Shown here piece by piece: positions 60,189 through 64,000 of a DNA stretch of 64,000 nucleotides (its first letter is position 1; each line of letters begins with the position of its first letter). A model generated the notes under the pieces. The model was given only the letters and a program-made list of their open reading frames with translations, ran no database searches and was not told the origin of the DNA. The translations under genes and the position numbers were made by a program. Source of the stretch: Candidatus Bathyarchaeota archaeon (lineage in GTDB: Archaea; Thermoproteota; Bathyarchaeia; Bathyarchaeales; Bathycorpusculaceae); the NCBI GenBank assembly GCA_963715865.1, contig OY970280.1:672001-736000 (forward strand). The letters are read 5' to 3'.

Positions 60189-61877
60189 ATTGGAAGAACG
60201 TCCTCTTCCTCATGCAGGTTGAACGCAAATCTGGCAGGCTGCTCAGAGGAATAAAAGCCACGAAATATAGGGAAAACACTTTCCTTGCTTATTGGCCATA
60301 CTGGGTAGCAACAATAATCGGTGTACTGGGCGGTTTACTGGCTAACTATATTACGTCTATTGTTTATTCAACCGCAGCAATTCCTAGTCTACCGTCATTA
60401 AGTAATGAAACACTCAGCGTTTTCGTTGTATTGCCAACGATTGTTTTAGTTATCAGTTTAGTATTCACCTTGCTGCAGCAAATCCAGCTTAGCGGTATCA
60501 AGGCAACAGCCCAGGTTATGTATTGGCTGCCGGTAACATGGCAAGAACATACTATGGCGTCCATCTTTGCTAACTTACTCGGGTTACCGATTGGGATTGT
60601 TCTAGGCTTAACTTCCGGAATAATCGTTTTTTCAATTTTCAACGGTTTAATTCTTCAGGCACTATTAACTGCACTAGTCTTTGTGTGCAGCGGCTTTCAT
60701 GGCTAGTTCCATAACGGAAATCCTAAGAGTGCTGCAGGTGCGTTTTATTGGTGCAGTTTACAAGTCAAGCGGCAGAGCAGCGATATGGGTCAGATTCATC
60801 GGTTCATTGCTGTTTTTCATCATTTTTTACATCTTATATTTCTATATAACTTCAGGATTTACATCATTCCTTCAGAATCTAACGCAAGCTCAGAGCGCTC
60901 TTTGGTACATACCTTTCATATGGCTAGCCCTAATCCTCTCGTATATCATCAAAGGGTTGTTTTTGCAAGGCATCCTATTCGTAGGCCTATCAGCATTATT
61001 CATTGCAGGCTTGTATTATCTTGCTGTCTCGTTAAACAAGCGGTTTGGGCTTTATGAACCGCCAGCAATAACGATTCAAAAAAGCGGTGTCTACACACCG
61101 AAAACTGGGCTTCTTGGCAAGCTTGGTTTCTCCAATGTCGAAGCAGCAATAATCCGAAAAGATTTGAGAGGCTTCACTAGACGTCGAGAGGTAATAGGTA
61201 TTTTTATCGCACCCATTATTATGATTATAATACCGCTCATGCAATCAATAGGTGTAACAAGTGGATCGGCAGCAAGCCAGGCTAACCCAATTTTTACAGG
61301 GATAATTTTTCTGTTGCCTGCCGGGTTTATGGCTATGCTGTTAGGAGAGATTTTGATAGGCGAAGAAGGACAAGCGGTATGGAGAATTTACGCTTCTCCA
61401 ATTTCACCCAAGAACTTAGTTAAAAGCAAATATTTCTTTGTAACACTCTTTTCAACAATTATTCTACTGATAAGTGGAACAATAGGGACCATATTTTACC
61501 ATCCATCCGCACAGGATGTAATTGTAGCTTTCCTTGAAGCTTTCTTCGTAGTTTTGGCTGTAGGCTCAATTTCACTTTCAATCGGTTTCAAAGGAGCTGA
61601 CTTCTCCGAAACGCGTAGAGCAAGAATGATACGTCAAGAATGGTCTTTGATAGGTGTAATTGTCTGCGCGGTTGCTGGTGCAGCGGTATTGGCGCCTTTG
61701 GTCCCGTATGTGATAGCTTCGTTTGCTTCATCTTTTATTCCTGGTTTATCAGCTAGTTCGTTTAACCTTGCCATTTCCGTTATCATCAGTGGAGTCATCT
61801 CTTTAGCCATCACCGCAGTTTTCTACCGGATAAATATTGGCCTAGCACAGGACCTGTTAAGAAAAGCTGAGGTTTAA
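60185..61877 (+). CDS. Large ABC-exporter membrane subunit split by one frameshift
   Basis: 60185-60706 and 60681-61877 are consecutive multi-TM parts; one extra base near GTCTTTGTG (about 60680). Confidence 0.75.
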
Positions 61878-61972
61878 AGAGAAAGAGCTTGAGCGATTCA
61901 GCCTTGCCTATTTTTACGGCAATGAACAGTCAAATTTAAAAGCATATAGCGAGACAACGTTAACTCGGCTAA

Positions 61973-62170
61973 GTGATGGCTATGGGTAATGAGGGGAAGG
62001 GAACGATATTTAGGCGAAAAGACAATAGATACCTGCTTTATCTGCCTGTTCGCTTGGTGGATGACAGCATGTTTCCATTAAAGTGTAATAGTTCGATGCC
62101 TGTTAAGGTAAGTTTTAGCCCTAACGATGGCAAGTTGATTGTGGAGAAGTGGAAAGAGAAAAAACCCTAA
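61973..62170 (+). CDS. Small hypothetical protein (AbrB-like swapped hairpin possible)
   Basis: RYLLYLPVRLVDDSMFP...VKVSF...KLIVEK pattern. Confidence 0.55.
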   Translation: MMAMGNEGKGTIFRRKDNRYLLYLPVRLVDDSMFPLKCNSSMPVKVSFSPNDGKLIVEKWKEKKP

Positions 62171-62231
62171 AATTTCCCCTTCGGCAACTTTTATCTAACA
62201 GATTAAACATTGTTTTTTTAAGCGATGCTTT

Positions 62232-62672
62232 ATGAAAGAATTATCAATAAAGAGCCCAGCATTTGAACACGGCAAGCTAATTCCTAAAAAATACAGTTGC
62301 GACGGGCAAGACATCAATCCGCCTTTAACTATCGAAGGCATACCTAAAGAAGCGAAAACGCTTGTTTTAGCAGTGGATGATCCTGATGCGCCAAGCGGCA
62401 CGTTTGACCACTGGATTGTCTGGAACATTCCAGCCTCAGCCAGCAAGATAGGTGAAAACACGGTTCCAGGAACAGAGGGAATGAACAGCGCAAGACAGCA
62501 GGGCTATATGGGTCCTTGTCCACCTTCGGGTACGCACAGATATTTCTTTAAGGTTTACGCTTTGGATGCGGAGCTTAGTTTAGGTGCCAGCTCGAGAAAG
62601 AAAGATGTTGAAAAAGCAATGCAAGGCCACATTTTAGCTAAGGGCGAATTGGTAGGGTTGTATCGTAGGTAA
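62232..62672 (+). CDS. YbhB/YbcL (PEBP) family protein
   Basis: SPAF, DDPDAP, HWIVWNIP, GPCPPSGTHRYFF. Confidence 0.95.
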   Translation: MKELSIKSPAFEHGKLIPKKYSCDGQDINPPLTIEGIPKEAKTLVLAVDDPDAPSGTFDHWIVWNIPASASKIGENTVPGTEGMNSARQQGYMGPCPPSGTHRYFFKVYALDAELSLGASSRKKDVEKAMQGHILAKGELVGLYRR

Positions 62673-62808
62673 ACTTGCAGGAAAAGTTTGATGCATATTG
62701 ATATGCGAGGCCCAGGCGAGCAGATTTTCTTTTCGTTTTGTCAGCGATTACTATTCAAACGTTAAATACTGTCGTTTAATGATTATGTTAGCGATTGGTT
62801 GAGCACAT

Positions 62809-63984
62809 TTGAACCGCAAACACGTCATATTAGCCGCAGTTTTGCTTATCGCGCTGATTTCTGTATCACTTTTTTTAACCGTTAACATGCTTAACAAGCA
62901 AACTTCAACTACAACTAGGACCACAAATAGGCAATTTTATGTTGGCGTTGAGTTTGCTTATGCCGACCAATTTGGAGAATTGAAGGCTGTGGTGGATAAG
63001 GTTAAGGATTACACAAATCTTTTTGTCATGGGCTCAGTGGGTTTATCATTTAACCGAACCGCTTTGGATGAATCAGCCGACTATCTTTTTCAATCAGGGT
63101 TAAGTTTCGTCATTTTATTCACCAGTTTCCCCATGTACAATAATACGGATGGTTACTCGGACAATTATACTATTTTTAACTGGATGATTGATGCACAGCA
63201 CAGGTATGGAGACAAGTTCTTGGGCATTTACAGGTTTGATGAGCCAGGCGGAAACCAGCTTGACAAGGGACAATTTATGCTTATCAACGAGAGTAGCAGT
63301 TACGCTGATGCGGCTGAGAACTATGTTGGCAACCTTTCATCCCTATTGAAATATTACCTTGATAGAGGTGCTCGTCAAATATTCACTTCCGATTATGGAC
63401 TTTACTGGTTTGACTATAAAGCTTCATACAATACTGTTTTCGCCGAGTTCGTTGGAAACGAAAGCAGACAACGAATTATCGCACTAGATAGAGGCGCGGC
63501 AGAATCATTCAACAAGAGTTGGGGCGTTATAATTACTTGGAAATACGACCAGCCACCGTACCTTGAGTCAGGAGACGAATTATACTGCGACCTATCGCTA
63601 GCATACAGCGCTGGTGCGACATACGCGGTGGTTTTTAGCTACCCTAACGTTACCAGTTATGGCACGTTAACCCAAGCGCACTTTGAGGCTTTAGAAAAAT
63701 TCTGGAATGATATTCACACTAATCCAGGCAGCTTTGCTTCAAGCAACGCGGAGGTAGCGTATGTTATACCTAAAGATTACGGGTTTGGCTTTCGCAACCC
63801 CAACGACACTATCTGGGGATTATATCCAGCTGACGCGTTATCTCAAAAAATCTGGGACGACACAAACATCTTGCTCGCCAAGTGTTATTCCCACTTGAAC
63901 ATTATTTATGACGAACCTGAAGTGATCGCGCCAACCCTAAAAAATTACACATCGATTTTCTACTGGAACCAAACAATAACCTGA
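62809..63984 (+). CDS. Membrane-anchored extracellular hypothetical protein
   Basis: N-terminal anchor, aromatic-rich body with DEPGG and EFVGNE, many N-x-S/T sites. Confidence 0.75.
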   Translation: MNRKHVILAAVLLIALISVSLFLTVNMLNKQTSTTTRTTNRQFYVGVEFAYADQFGELKAVVDKVKDYTNLFVMGSVGLSFNRTALDESADYLFQSGLSFVILFTSFPMYNNTDGYSDNYTIFNWMIDAQHRYGDKFLGIYRFDEPGGNQLDKGQFMLINESSSYADAAENYVGNLSSLLKYYLDRGARQIFTSDYGLYWFDYKASYNTVFAEFVGNESRQRIIALDRGAAESFNKSWGVIITWKYDQPPYLESGDELYCDLSLAYSAGATYAVVFSYPNVTSYGTLTQAHFEALEKFWNDIHTNPGSFASSNAEVAYVIPKDYGFGFRNPNDTIWGLYPADALSQKIWDDTNILLAKCYSHLNIIYDEPEVIAPTLKNYTSIFYWNQTIT

Positions 63985-64000
63985 CTAATCGCGAGAACTA

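Overview
Chromosomal segment of an archaeon, most likely Bathyarchaeia (inferred from eIF1A-RIO1-Dim2, eIF2beta, archaeal DnaG, PolB3, FtsZ, an expanded small winged-helix family and integrase C-terminal tails). Core genes alternate with accessory genes: SdhAB-AspA, several ABC exporters, a sedolisin, a NurA-HerA pair, ParA-like and ParB-like genes. Many short gene scars lie between them (ureC, IS transposase, Hsp20, DUF3795, DUF998, two integrase tails). I found no rRNA, tRNA or CRISPR array. Most notable: (1) PolB with intact polymerase motifs but a degenerate proofreading site; (2) ftsZ, and probably dnaG, with no canonical start codon at the expected position (ATA behind a clear SD for ftsZ); (3) a candidate C/D-box-like RNA after the ribosome biogenesis cluster; (4) two intergenic elements sharing sequence blocks in permuted order and carrying micro-ORFs; (5) an unknown small paralogous ORF pair; (6) a NurA-HerA module without mre11/rad50; (7) SdhAB without membrane anchors next to aspartase. 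A dense patch of single-base frameshifts at about 44.7-46.2 kb suggests local sequencing error, which tempers all single-base claims.
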